A stretch of DNA of 64,000 nt, from positions 736,001 to 800,000 of the forward strand of contig CAWECG010000003.1 of assembly GCA_963807605.1 (NCBI GenBank), written 5' to 3'. The stretch is from Candidatus Bathyarchaeota archaeon. Its GTDB lineage: Archaea > Thermoproteota > Bathyarchaeia > 40CM-2-53-6 > RBG-13-38-9. This document shows, in pieces, positions 30,405 to 40,434 of the stretch. The position numbers and the translations under genes were made by a program. The notes beneath the pieces were generated by a model. The model worked only from the letters and a program-made list of their open reading frames with translations. It had not been told where the DNA came from and did no database searches. Position 1 is the stretch's first letter, and every line of letters begins with the position of its first letter.

Positions 30405-30848
30405 TCATTTACTGACACGCTCTTCTGATGATTTCAACAAAATCAGAGTCACAGGGTCTCCGACTCGCAAACCACTATGAACATACTCCTCCCTAGACAG
30501 AACCCAGTTAACCTCATTGGAACCTCCATTCCGTTGCTGATTAAAGGGATTACCCACAATCATTATCTCCATCAAGCCGGATATTCCTCCTTTGTTGATT
30601 GGAGAAATTATCGGTCTTTCTTGATCAGGATTTTCTTGGTCAAGTTCTATGATTACTAGAAACTTCAGATCGTTTTTTAATGTGACCACTTTGATTGTTC
30701 CAACCTTTTCTATTTGCGTTGTTCTTCTACCTCTTGTTCCATATCTTTCATATAGTCGAAGGCAGCCACCAAACTCTTCAGCTTTCTCCTCCTTCTGGCA
30801 GTACGCCCGCTTGAAATCTTTTGTCCACAGAAGAAGATTCTTCAGCAT
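30405..30848 (-). CDS. Hypothetical protein, start uncertain
   Basis: C-terminal LSREEY..SGLRVGDPVTL pattern. Confidence 0.45.
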   Translation of the reverse strand: MLKNLLLWTKDFKRAYCQKEEKAEEFGGCLRLYERYGTRGRRTTQIEKVGTIKVVTLKNDLKFLVIIELDQENPDQERPIISPINKGGISGLMEIMIVGNPFNQQRNGGSNEVNWVLSREEYVHSGLRVGDPVTLILLKSSEERVSK

Positions 30849-31222
30849 CTGGCACGAATATCGCTACCGTTATTCCAAGTACCCCTGCTATAGCTGCTAA
30901 CGTCAGTTCCGTTTCTTGCTAGGTCTGCCGGTGACTTGCCCTCTAAGGCCTGGTGTGGTCTAACACGGTTGTAGTAGATGTTCTGCATCGAGATTATTGG
31001 CGTCTCTTCCTTCTTCAGTCCACGCATAACCTTCTCCCTATCCCTCTTCGTGCCGTGTAACCGTTCGATGATGTTGTTGTTCATGTCTCCTGCAAGTCTG
31101 ATGTGCCTAATATGTTGAGTTCTCGGAGTCTTCATGGTGTAGAATTCCTTGTTGAAAGCGTTCTTGTATGCGTATAAGCCGTCAGTTACAACCTTCTCTG
31201 GCTTATTAGCATTGGGCCCCAT
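30842..31222 (-). pseudogene. IS6-like DDE transposase C-terminal fragment
   Basis: VTDGL.AY, NNIIERLHGT.RDREKVMRGLK, YYN.VRPH.AL.GKSPA. Confidence 0.8.
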
Positions 31223-31380
31223 CGGTTTTTTTGGAGGCTTGTTTGAGTAAACGGCCGAAGTATTCTCTCGAACACCACACCAGTGATAATAGCGGGGATC
31301 AGACAGGCCAATTACCCGAACAAACCTTAGAAAGCCTCATTCATTTGACCATAGACCGAATTGGACGTCCACGCTGCCGA

Positions 31381-31702
31381 TTAAGTCCCATCCCGAAGAA
31401 ATCGTTTCAAGGCTTCATTATCATCAGCCTGCTTGCGAATTATCTCTGGCAGTTGCTTCTCGAATTCTTCTATCATCATTCTCACCATGCTTTCTAGAGA
31501 TCGAGGGTCTTTCTGCATTATGTTCTTCCGTGAATAACTGTGTACTGTCTTGAGGAAATAGGGATGAAGCTAGCTTCTCTCGACCGAATCTTCGCAGAAT
31601 AGTCCCAACTTTTCTGTGTAAGGAGGGTGGGAAGCCAAGACACCGTACTCTATCAGAACTCCGGAATTGGTTACATATTCGATGCGCCCCCGTCGCGCGC
31701 GC
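31381..31702 (-). pseudogene. C-terminal remnant of a TIR / nucleoside-deoxyribosyltransferase-like protein
   Basis: Manual translation RRGRIEYVTNSGVLIEYGVL...; internal TAG at 31570-31572; 5' end cut at a (GC)n run. Confidence 0.5.
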
Positions 31703-31750
31703 TTGTATGATCACACGACACAAAGATTCTGATAGGCAAGGATTTTCGCC

Positions 31751-32074
31751 TCAGACGACCGATAGCTTCCATGACCAAGGCGCACTGGTCTTGTCCAAAT
31801 ACAGAACGCGGTTTTCTTGCATCGCCTGCTCGATCAGCTGGTCGAAGACCTGTGCCTCAACTACTCCGCGCAAAAGCAGCTCATAGTCATTTACATCGGC
31901 GAATGGGTTTCTCCAATTCGGCAGGTTCTCTTTAATAAGTCGAAGAGCATGAGGATGGAAGGCTGCAGGATCGCCCGTCGTAATAAAATTTACAAGCCAG
32001 TCGTACGCCCACAAGCCAGCAATTCTATGAGTTTCCCTTTCGTGCGTAAGACAATATATGATGGGACTATTCAC
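31751..32074 (-). CDS. Hypothetical protein
   Basis: 107-aa ORF with GTG start; IS inserted just upstream. Confidence 0.55.
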   Translation of the reverse strand: MNSPIIYCLTHERETHRIAGLWAYDWLVNFITTGDPAAFHPHALRLIKENLPNWRNPFADVNDYELLLRGVVEAQVFDQLIEQAMQENRVLYLDKTSAPWSWKLSVV

Positions 32075-32089
32075 TAATGCAGCATATTC

Positions 32090-33168
32090 TGCTGTGTTGC
32101 ATGACTAGACATTTTTGTTTATGGATGTAGGTTTGAGTTTTCGGTTTATTGACGTGGAAGTGGTTGGATGATCTATATTGCCTGTGAGAGAACTATTCCA
32201 CGATTGTGATTGGCTGCTAGAGATTGGAGACGCATCAATGAGGGTCTCGTGAAGCGTGGGGAGATCCTGCTTGACCCACGCATCCTTGACAGGTGGAACA
32301 TTGAGCTTGAAAAGATGAATACTGGGAAGGAAGGTGGACAATACGTCTACCCTGAGATCTTCATCAGGCTTCTAGGCTACATGCACCTGCTATTCCACCT
32401 ACCCTACAGGCAGACAGAAGGATTCCTCAAAGCCCTGAGAAGATTCGACTCAAGGATCCATGTGCCTGACTATTCAACCATAGATAGACGCGTGAACAGG
32501 TTAGATGTGAAGCTGGATGAGAAAGATTATGGCGACGACATAGTCCTGGCGGTGGACGCATCAGGCATCAAGGTGGCTAACCGCGGCGAATGGATACGCC
32601 ATAAATGGAAGGTGAGACGCGGATACCTCAAGATCCATATCGCCGTTGATGTAAAGCGGAAGAAGATACTCGCCTTGAAGGTGACGGATGAGAAGACAGG
32701 TGACGGAGGGATGCTCCAGCCGCTTGTTGATGAAGCCTCCAAGAAAGGTAAGGTCGCCAAGGCAATTGGCGACGGAGCATACGATATGAAAAGCAACTTC
32801 CGCTATCTCAACGCAAAAGGGATTGAGCCAGCCATCAAGGTGCGCAAGAACACATCCAGCAGGGCCGGAGGATGCATGCCCAGAAAGCTCGTAGCCCAAG
32901 AATACCTCAAAGACCCTGAAGCCTGGAAACACAATCATGGCTACGGGTATAGATGGATGGCTGAATCAGCCTTCTCATCGCTGAAGCGAACCTTCGGAGA
33001 ATACGTCTCAGCCAAAACGATGCAAAACATGGCACAGGAGATGATGATCAAAGCCTCACTATACAACATGCTGATAGAAACAACCACAGCAACACACGGC
33101 TAGACGAAACCTGAAGACAGCCAACAAAAGCGAAAAACATCACTGAAACCTAGTCGCGCAACACAGCA
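32090..33168 (+). mobile_element. IS5-family insertion sequence, complete
   Basis: 19-bp TIRs TGCTGTGTTGC(AT/GC)GACTAG with 2 mismatches; 8-bp target duplication GCATATTC at 32082-32089 and 33169-33176. Confidence 0.92.
32210..33103 (+). CDS. IS5-family DDE transposase
   Basis: LPYRQTEG, PDYSTI, AVDASG, KIHIAVD, GDGAYD, Y..RW.AESAFS..KR. Confidence 0.93.
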   Translation: MAARDWRRINEGLVKRGEILLDPRILDRWNIELEKMNTGKEGGQYVYPEIFIRLLGYMHLLFHLPYRQTEGFLKALRRFDSRIHVPDYSTIDRRVNRLDVKLDEKDYGDDIVLAVDASGIKVANRGEWIRHKWKVRRGYLKIHIAVDVKRKKILALKVTDEKTGDGGMLQPLVDEASKKGKVAKAIGDGAYDMKSNFRYLNAKGIEPAIKVRKNTSSRAGGCMPRKLVAQEYLKDPEAWKHNHGYGYRWMAESAFSSLKRTFGEYVSAKTMQNMAQEMMIKASLYNMLIETTTATHG

Positions 33169-33376
33169 GCATATTCCCTTAATTTATAAGGATCATAATA
33201 AGTGCTCATTTTTGAGCCACCTGCACTTCCTACTACTGGTGTACGGAATAAGGAGCGGAAGTTTTAACGTTCCGATTACTTCATTAAGAAAACCTACGAG
33301 TCTGCACGAATGATTATCGCCAGTAAGCCCTGATGGGGTGGATTTCGTGCACACACCTACCATTTGCTTACATGGT

Positions 33377-34351
33377 CTATAGGCCAAGTTGTGGAATAAA
33401 GGCAAGATAGGCGCGCCGAAGCTCTTCACGGTCTATTCGATCGTAGATGTCTATAGCGTCTCGGCGTCGGTCTCCCCTCAACGCCTTAATAAATTCTCTG
33501 TCCATCCCTGCCCGTCGAAGATGAGTGGTAAACCAATGCCTGAAACAGTGAGGAGACAGATGCTCTTCTGGACGTGAAGACTTTGGATCGTGAAGACCTA
33601 CCCGTTGCGCATACTTGGCAACCATCGAATATACCCCATTTCTGTTGAGTCTGAAGCCGTGTTCGCCAATGAAGAGTGCGTGAGTTGTGGGATTGATTTT
33701 TTCGCGCAGAGTTAGCCAGCGTTTCAGCAGCCGGGCTGTTTCATCGTCAAAGAATACGATTCTTCCGCTACGTTTCTTGAATTGTTTCCTCTTAATTGTA
33801 ATGGACTGTGTCGCCCAGTCAATGTCATCTATATCCGTAGCGATCAGTTCTCCCCGCCGCATACCCGTCTTAGCCAAAAGCGCTAGAATGGCCTTGTCAC
33901 GGGTGTCGATGACAGAGTTGATGAGGAGACTCATCTGTTCAACTGTTAGAAGCTTACGGGGTGACTCAACATCCCCGTCGTTCTCTTTCTTGTAGCGTCG
34001 CAGGTATCGTTTCCTCACGCCTGGCACTGGATTCCTCTCCATGTAGTCTTCGAAGACTAGGTATTCGTATAGTCCCGCTATGCCTGATAGGTCGTTTTCT
34101 AAGGTTCTCTGGTCTACACCCTGAGAGTACCTATGGCGAATATAATCGTGTAATACATGCTTGTCAACATTCACCATTGAGGTCCCCAGCCGGTTTAGAT
34201 AGGCTAGGTATTGGTTGATACTGGATCTGTAGCGACGGATTGTTTCTGCTGTCAACTGTCGGTCTTTGCAGTCTTCGACGAATAATTCTAGGAGGCGCTG
34301 AGGGGTGGGCTGAGTTAGAGCTTGCTGATGGGTTAACCTTTCCATTTCCAT
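33377..34351 (-). CDS. Tyrosine recombinase/integrase
   Basis: KTGMRRGEL, HCFRHWFTT, LRGD, IDIY catalytic residues; N-terminal SAM-like domain. Confidence 0.93.
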   Translation of the reverse strand: MEMERLTHQQALTQPTPQRLLELFVEDCKDRQLTAETIRRYRSSINQYLAYLNRLGTSMVNVDKHVLHDYIRHRYSQGVDQRTLENDLSGIAGLYEYLVFEDYMERNPVPGVRKRYLRRYKKENDGDVESPRKLLTVEQMSLLINSVIDTRDKAILALLAKTGMRRGELIATDIDDIDWATQSITIKRKQFKKRSGRIVFFDDETARLLKRWLTLREKINPTTHALFIGEHGFRLNRNGVYSMVAKYAQRVGLHDPKSSRPEEHLSPHCFRHWFTTHLRRAGMDREFIKALRGDRRRDAIDIYDRIDREELRRAYLAFIPQLGL

Positions 34352-34857
34352 CCCCTTCTCGTCTTTTCAACAACTCCGTAGGCCTCCAGGTTCTCCAACT
34401 GTTTGGCGACAGCCTTGACGAGAGGTGTCTCACGAGGGTCAATCTTCAGAAGCCGCAACAGATGATCAGAATCAACTCTATTGCCCTTCTTCAGCAGTTC
34501 AATGAGTCGTCTGTCGTATCCTCGGACACCTTTGAAGTCTTCCTCTAGAAACGGTTCGGCTCTGTATCGGCGCAGCTCATTCTCGACCCGTTCTAGAGCA
34601 AGTTTAAGGATTTCATTATCTCTGGTCAGTTTCTCGATATTCTCGTCCTTTTCTCTTAGTTGCTGTATGAGTGCTGCCCGTGGCTTGTAGTCTTCCTCAC
34701 CTTCCTCCTGTCGTAGGGAGTTAGCTACATGCTCAGTTACGAAGTGTGAGATCGAGACGTTGCCCTTCTTGGCTCTGGTCTTCCAGTCCTCCACCATTTG
34801 CACAGAAGGCAGATAGACGTAGATTGACCTCTGCTTGATGGACTGCGTTTTGCCCAT
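34333..34857 (-). CDS. Integrase-associated putative DNA-binding protein (RHH-like, coiled coil, wHTH-like)
   Basis: RSIYVYLPS..W..RAKK..VSISHFV N-terminus; overlaps the integrase start. Confidence 0.7.
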   Translation of the reverse strand: MGKTQSIKQRSIYVYLPSVQMVEDWKTRAKKGNVSISHFVTEHVANSLRQEEGEEDYKPRAALIQQLREKDENIEKLTRDNEILKLALERVENELRRYRAEPFLEEDFKGVRGYDRRLIELLKKGNRVDSDHLLRLLKIDPRETPLVKAVAKQLENLEAYGVVEKTRRGWKWKG

Positions 34858-34908
34858 TCAAAACCAAGAAATGATCTACGCGATTTGTATTTAAATATAC
34901 CAGTAAAT

Positions 34909-35065
34909 TGGTGCGGGGAGTGGGATTCGAACCCACGAACCCCTACGGGACAGGAGTTCTGCTGCGCAGGTAGGACCTCAAAGATGGCCGGATGCGCATC
35001 CTCAGTCCTGCGCTTCCAAACGCCGGTTTCGCCAGCGTACTTTGACCTGGCTTGGCAACCCCCGC
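34909..35065 (-). tRNA. tRNA-Leu(GAG) with two introns (26 nt in the D-arm, 43 nt at 37/38), CCA encoded
   Basis: Removing both BHB-type introns gives an 88-nt Leu cloverleaf with a long variable arm. Confidence 0.9.
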
Positions 35066-35303
35066 TTTCCAGATCACATCTAGAGGAGTATTTTATAGTG
35101 TTTTTCGTTTTTGCCATGTGTTTGTTGCGGGTTCAGGATCTGACTATATAATGAGTGCGTAGTCGCTTCTTCTCTTAATCACGTGCGCGTAATCGATGCT
35201 GGGTGAATGTGCTATAAAATTAATAGAAGCGATCAGCAAGGAGAAAGTTATACTTAATCCCGTTAAGTAAGAATAGAAGACTAAGAAGAAAAGGGGCTGA
35301 AAG

Positions 35304-35828
35304 ATGTCGTACACCCCAAGGGATATTGGTGAACTCTATACAATTGACGACATTGGCCGCATAGAGATCTATAGATGTCCCTTCTGCTATCATAGTGCGC
35401 CTGCACACCTTCCACTCTCGAAAATCAGCGGTCAGATAACGTGGGAAGCCAGTTTTACTTGTACCAAGTGTGGCAAGATTATGGTGAGATACCGTTTGTT
35501 TGATCAAGATACAATGCTTCTCACCTTTGGTTTGCCAGGAAGTAAATTCCTAGCAAGAGAGAAAGAAGTCGCTCCCTTAATGGACGATATTTCAATCGAA
35601 GCATCGAAAGCTGTTACTCATGGCGTCCTTGGTGGCTATACGAAAGACACAATCCAAGAAGAATTTACTCGAAGGGGTATAATGAAGTCAAAGAAAAATG
35701 ACCAAGTCTTTGAAGAAGTCCTCAAGAAAGTCCTTGATGACTACGAAATGAAGTTCTGTCCTTACTGCGATAGATACGTGAAAAAGAGCGACTCCTTCTG
35801 CAGCTATTGCGGAAGGGCACTTGTTTAA
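35304..35828 (+). CDS. Zinc-ribbon domain protein
   Basis: CPFC, CTKC, CPYC, CSYC. Confidence 0.7.
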   Translation: MSYTPRDIGELYTIDDIGRIEIYRCPFCYHSAPAHLPLSKISGQITWEASFTCTKCGKIMVRYRLFDQDTMLLTFGLPGSKFLAREKEVAPLMDDISIEASKAVTHGVLGGYTKDTIQEEFTRRGIMKSKKNDQVFEEVLKKVLDDYEMKFCPYCDRYVKKSDSFCSYCGRALV

Positions 35829-35943
35829 AGATGGAGCCTACGGCTAACCCAGATACCTTCTGTTTTCGTCCTTCTCTTGGCGACTACAGCTGTGAATACG
35901 ACTACGATTAGTCCGTCTAATTCTTAGACGCGGGCGAATATTC

Positions 35944-36699
35944 TTATAACGCTTTATGGGAAGCGGGAGCCTTCTGGACAAGCGATGGGAAGGCTCTGTA
36001 GCAAGCCCCCAGAATAGGTGGCACGAATACCAAGAGAAAAGGCATCTGATTTGTGAAAGTCCAAGCGAATAGGTACAGCGCAACTGTAAATCGCAACTGA
36101 TTGCCGAGATTAAGGGGAAGGATGAAGAACTGGCTCAGCAACCATATCCCCAAGCCAACTATTGCGCTTCCACATGCATTACCAATTATCGAGGCAACTG
36201 CGAAGGATCGCCATTCGGACCCTAACTTCACTAAAGCAACGCTTAGAGCTACGCTTACTACTGCGAACCCTATGAGAATAGCAGCCCACGCAGGGCTGAA
36301 ATCAGATCCCGTAATCCAATTTGTGAAGAATAATACTATGATGATCAAGCAACCTGTCGCTAGGCCTAGGTTCATGACAGCAGTTCTGGGCCTAGCTTGT
36401 GCAAGTCTTCCTATGAGGTAGAACATGACGAAGTTTGCTGGAACACCGACGGTTAAGCTCAAGATTGCGTTTCCATGAATTAACATGTCGCTGATGAAAA
36501 TCCCTATTGCGGCGCCAACTCCTCCAACCATTCCGCCGAAGAGGACTGCAAAGACTGCTGGAACAATTACAGCCACTCCCCAGAAACGCACAACCCCAAC
36601 TATAGGTGCGAATACCCCAAGGAAACTCAAGTAGCCAACTACGACGTAAAGGGCTGCGTTCAGCGACGCCATTGTGATGCGCAGACTTCTCGGAAGCAC
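35944..36699 (-). CDS. ECF transporter S-component-like membrane protein
   Basis: AALY, VRFW...VPAVFAVLFG..VGGVGAAIGIFISD. Confidence 0.8.
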   Translation of the reverse strand: MLPRSLRITMASLNAALYVVVGYLSFLGVFAPIVGVVRFWGVAVIVPAVFAVLFGGMVGGVGAAIGIFISDMLIHGNAILSLTVGVPANFVMFYLIGRLAQARPRTAVMNLGLATGCLIIIVLFFTNWITGSDFSPAWAAILIGFAVVSVALSVALVKLGSEWRSFAVASIIGNACGSAIVGLGIWLLSQFFILPLNLGNQLRFTVALYLFAWTFTNQMPFLLVFVPPILGACYRAFPSLVQKAPASHKAL

Positions 36700-36795
36700 T
36701 CAATGTTCACCTTAAAAGACCGTGGGGCTGCGAAGGCTAAATGATGCTGAAGTAGACTACTTAACTCTTGAGTCCAGGAAAAATCCGCAATCTGA

Positions 36796-37311
36796 CTAGA
36801 GGTAAGGAATGACTGCCTGCGGATACTTTCTCAGGAGAAGCTTCTGCAGCTCCTCACTTATACGATGGTCAATTTCCCGGTGTTTATCGGAAAGCAGACT
36901 CATCGGGTTATGAGTTGCCATGACAGGGCCTTGAAGGACCAGTGGGCTTCTTGCATCGTTCGAGGCGACAGGCTCAGATCTCATAGCCTTCAGGAGAAAA
37001 TCTCTAGGATCTTCTCCATTTTTCATAAGTGAGGAAAGTTCTCCTATCTGTCCTTGAGCGAGCGGCCTTAATCCGAACTCCTTAGTGTCGGCAACCTTCA
37101 AAGCTTCAATCTCACCTGTCACTCTGGCGCCAAGCCCAATAGATTTGTAGGGGTTGATCAACTCCTCCTTCAATATCCAAACCTGGGAACCGTTAGAGAC
37201 CAAGATTTGGCTGAAGTTTCGGTTGTCCCTGCCGACAAATACTCTCCAGCCCTTCGGATTGGAGTCGTACGACTTGGCAATCTCCCTCTTTAGCTTCTCA
37301 GCAGGCTGCAT
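36796..37311 (-). CDS. Conserved archaeal hypothetical protein
   Basis: 171-aa ORF with P.GWRV and FGLRP motifs. Confidence 0.7.
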   Translation of the reverse strand: MQPAEKLKREIAKSYDSNPKGWRVFVGRDNRNFSQILVSNGSQVWILKEELINPYKSIGLGARVTGEIEALKVADTKEFGLRPLAQGQIGELSSLMKNGEDPRDFLLKAMRSEPVASNDARSPLVLQGPVMATHNPMSLLSDKHREIDHRISEELQKLLLRKYPQAVIPYL

Positions 37312-37473
37312 CTCGCTCTCTGTCAGATAATTCTCACCTAAGATTTTGACAGGTAATCTCGTAGTAAGGGCGAATATTAACCTTTAACCAGAATAATCGA
37401 AAAGTTTCACCCTAAAAGAAGCTAATAGCCTCTTTCTGATCATTCCTTAGATGAACTAAGGAGCCTGTGTAAT

Positions 37474-38544
37474 GTGCGGATCCTAGCCTTGGACATCGGC
37501 TCGGGAACTGAAGACGTCCTCCTCTACGATGACTCAAGAGAGATCGAGAATTGTGTCAAGATGGTTCTTCCAAGTCCTTCACTGGTCTACTCAAAGAAAG
37601 TCCGCTACCTCACCAAGCTCAAATTAGACCTCTTCATTCGTGGACAGACAATAGGCGGGGGGCGCTTCGTTGAGGCCCTCAAAAAGCACCTGTCTAAGGG
37701 CTTGAGGGTCTTTATGACAGAGCGTGTTGCTTACTCTGTCAGAAACAACCTTGACGAAGTCAGGGCACAAGGTTTCCAGATAGTATCTGGAGAAGATCAG
37801 CCCCATGATTTCAAAGGCGAAATCTTAGAAGTCGAAGAAGTGAACCTGAGTAGACTTCAGACTTTTCTTGACTACTTCGAAGAGGATATTTCAGACGTAG
37901 AGGTCTCAGCCGTAGCTGTTCAGGATCACGGGGCCGCTCAGCCTAGCGTTAGCAATAGAAGATTCAGAATAGATGAAATGAGGAGGAGACTTACAAATCA
38001 TCCTGAACTCGAAAGCTTGGCATATCGCATTGATGAGGTCCCAAACCACTTCATAAGAATGAATTCAGCGATCAAAGCATCAAAATCTCAACTGCCAGAG
38101 GCTGAACCCATTGTAATGGATACATCAATCGCCGCCATTCTTGGATGTCTTGAGGATCCAAAAGTAAAGGATTTCAGGACAGTCCTGACGGCAAACATCG
38201 GCAATGAACATGTAACAGCCTCGATAATCTCAAAGAGAAGAGTTCTCGCCCTTCTTGAACACCACACAAGCCTTCTAACAGCACCGAAACTCGAATCAAC
38301 GATAAGAAACTTCATCAAAGGGAAAGTAAAAGATGAGACTGTATTTGCAGAAGGCGGTCACGGTGCTTTCTATTTGCAGGAGGCTGCGAGACTTCCGAGG
38401 ATAGACATCTTAGTTGTTACAGGTCCCCACAGAGCAAGACTCAAAGAGACTCGGTTAACGACATATTTTGCAGCCCCTGGCGGTGATATGATGATGACTG
38501 GGCCGATGGGTCTGGTCAAGGCTGCCAGCTTCAAATTCAAGTGA
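37474..38544 (+). CDS. DUF1786 family protein
   Basis: DIGSGTED, KMVLPSP, AVQDHG, EHHT, GGHG, APGGDMMMTG. Confidence 0.85.
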   Translation: MRILALDIGSGTEDVLLYDDSREIENCVKMVLPSPSLVYSKKVRYLTKLKLDLFIRGQTIGGGRFVEALKKHLSKGLRVFMTERVAYSVRNNLDEVRAQGFQIVSGEDQPHDFKGEILEVEEVNLSRLQTFLDYFEEDISDVEVSAVAVQDHGAAQPSVSNRRFRIDEMRRRLTNHPELESLAYRIDEVPNHFIRMNSAIKASKSQLPEAEPIVMDTSIAAILGCLEDPKVKDFRTVLTANIGNEHVTASIISKRRVLALLEHHTSLLTAPKLESTIRNFIKGKVKDETVFAEGGHGAFYLQEAARLPRIDILVVTGPHRARLKETRLTTYFAAPGGDMMMTGPMGLVKAASFKFK

Positions 38545-38670
38545 TCAAATCATAATAGTAACAACCAATCGGGGTCAGAACCCTCAGATTAGTGGAAAAT
38601 TCGATGAGTTTCTGGCGAATTAGGTGTGCTTAATAGAGAGTCATATCAGACTACGTGACAGTTGGGCAAC

Positions 38671-38991
38671 ATGAGCACGCCGATCACTATAACGGATGCA
38701 GATTTTGATACTGCAACAACAAATAACGCTGCTCTGGTCGTTGACTGTTGGGCACCGTGGTGTGGCCCGTGCAGAGCCATAACCCCTGTCGTAGATGAAC
38801 TCTCAAAGGCCTACGCTGGGAGAGTGACATTTGGCAAGGTCAACGTCGACGACAGTCCCAAGATCGCACAAAAATTCGGAATAATGAGCATACCCACTCT
38901 CCTATTCATCAAGAATGGACAGCTTGTAGACCATGTAGTTGGAGTTGTTCCGAGAAAAACTATCGAAGAATATATCCAGAAACTGCTTTAG
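38671..38991 (+). CDS. trxA: Thioredoxin
   Basis: WAPWCGPC, SIPTL. Confidence 0.95.
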   Translation: MSTPITITDADFDTATTNNAALVVDCWAPWCGPCRAITPVVDELSKAYAGRVTFGKVNVDDSPKIAQKFGIMSIPTLLFIKNGQLVDHVVGVVPRKTIEEYIQKLL

Positions 38992-39088
38992 AACTTTAAT
39001 AGCCTAGCCTTTACCGGCAGGAGATGGTCTGGAGACGAGCAAGGAAGGTATCACTCCTAAACCAAAAGACTTTGAAAAGAACTGCGAA

Positions 39089-39865
39089 TTGCTTCGTTCT
39101 CTCGGTATGTCAGAGGACGAATGCGCGGTCTATCTTGACCTCCTTGAGAAACCGAAAGGAGAGTCCATCGATAACATACTGACTAGTTTCGGGCCAGCTC
39201 CTCAAGAAGCTGAGGTGGCTGTGAGAAGCCTCATCGAGAATGGTTGCATATCGATAAGCAGTAACAGAATTGAAGCGAAACCTCCCAGAGACTTTCTACC
39301 GAATATTCTTCGTAAGAAGACGCTCGATTTTGACCTTGAACTGAAGCAGGCTCAAGAAGCCATTAGGTACCTGGAGCTTTCACTAGAACCTTATTATTGG
39401 GAGAGGCGAACAGGCCTCAGACCTGAGGAAATAATACGCCCCCTGACGGAACTTGACTCCATGGAGGCTCAGACAATTGAGATGATTACCAATTCGAGAA
39501 GTTACATCCACGTCTTTGCAGAGAAGTTTGACTGGTATGAGAACATTCACCATCAACTCAAGGACGCCCTCAACCGAGGGGTCAAAGCCAATATCTTGAT
39601 GTTGGTCAAAGACCAATACACGACCAAGAGATCAAAAGAATTGCGACAGTTGGGCGCGGAAGTCCGCCACTGCACTGAAGAATGGTATCCTGTTAGAGGA
39701 ACCTTGATCGATGATGAAAGGCTCGTCTTTCTAATATGGGCTACGAAAAAGAGTGGTGTTGCACAGCCAATCTACTATAGACCCCACTACACAGAGAATG
39801 CTGGACTGATAAGAATATTTAAAGACGCCTTCCAAAAGCGCTGGGAAGAAGCTAAAGCGATCTAG
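39089..39865 (+). CDS. TrmB family transcriptional regulator
   Basis: N-terminal wHTH (LGMSEDE..VY..LL) and PLD-like C-terminal domain; start may be upstream. Confidence 0.8.
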   Translation: MLRSLGMSEDECAVYLDLLEKPKGESIDNILTSFGPAPQEAEVAVRSLIENGCISISSNRIEAKPPRDFLPNILRKKTLDFDLELKQAQEAIRYLELSLEPYYWERRTGLRPEEIIRPLTELDSMEAQTIEMITNSRSYIHVFAEKFDWYENIHHQLKDALNRGVKANILMLVKDQYTTKRSKELRQLGAEVRHCTEEWYPVRGTLIDDERLVFLIWATKKSGVAQPIYYRPHYTENAGLIRIFKDAFQKRWEEAKAI

Positions 39866-40323
39866 TCCTTCACCCTCAGCCATCTTTGGGGTTTGATCCC
39901 CAGTTCCTCAAATTTCTCCCAAACCAGCTTTTCAACCTCAGATACTCCAAGACCGCCCACAAATACTAGATGTCCCTCACAAGTGCAGTCGGAGGCGCCG
40001 AATCCTCTATGGGCCACTCTGGCTCAATCGTCACTCAAGATCTTTCTAGCTAGGCTGCATTCTGAGGCACCTCGGGTCTCTGAGAATATAGCGGTAACCG
40101 GTCTTGCATGAGGATTACGTAGGAGGTAATCTATGTGCCAATGTTTCTTATTGCCTCCGTGAAAATGCCTCATAAGTCGTCCCTCAATTGATGACGAGGC
40201 TAATCCAAATCCGGATCCAACGTAGCCGTATGCACCCCTCTCAAGGTTTACCCTGCCTAGGCATCCGATCTTCACCGAGACATCTCTGCTTAAAATGATT
40301 AGCAGAGTGTAGATTCCTCTCAA
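39862..40323 (-). pseudogene. GIY-YIG / DUF123 family nuclease with an in-frame TGA at 40024-40026
   Basis: GIYTL, YGYVGS, HWHIDYLL before the stop; GFGASDCTCEGHL in frame after it. Confidence 0.8.
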
Positions 40324-40434
40324 TAGTGGGGCTCTCCACTATATCCCTGAGAAACCCAGCTCATATAGAAAATAATATCTCAGCTGAAGGTCAATCTTAA
40401 GCCTAAACATCCTTCAACATGCTCTATTGAGGAG

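Larger units (their letters stand above)
29425..34929. mobile_element. Integrated element in the tRNA-Leu 3' end, about 5.5 kb, with tyrosine integrase
   Basis: Identical 21-bp direct repeats TGGTGCGGGGAGTGGGATTCG at 29425-29445 and 34909-34929; integrase close to the tRNA. Confidence 0.9.

Noticed and set aside
30405-30848. Arcadin-1 assignment
   Set aside because: Only a loose C-terminal resemblance, and no crenactin/arcade context.
33303-33351. Inverted repeat TGCACGAA..TTCGTGCA downstream of the integrase as a third att-like site
   Set aside because: Only 8-bp arms and weak similarity to the att core; it cannot be distinguished from chance or a terminator.
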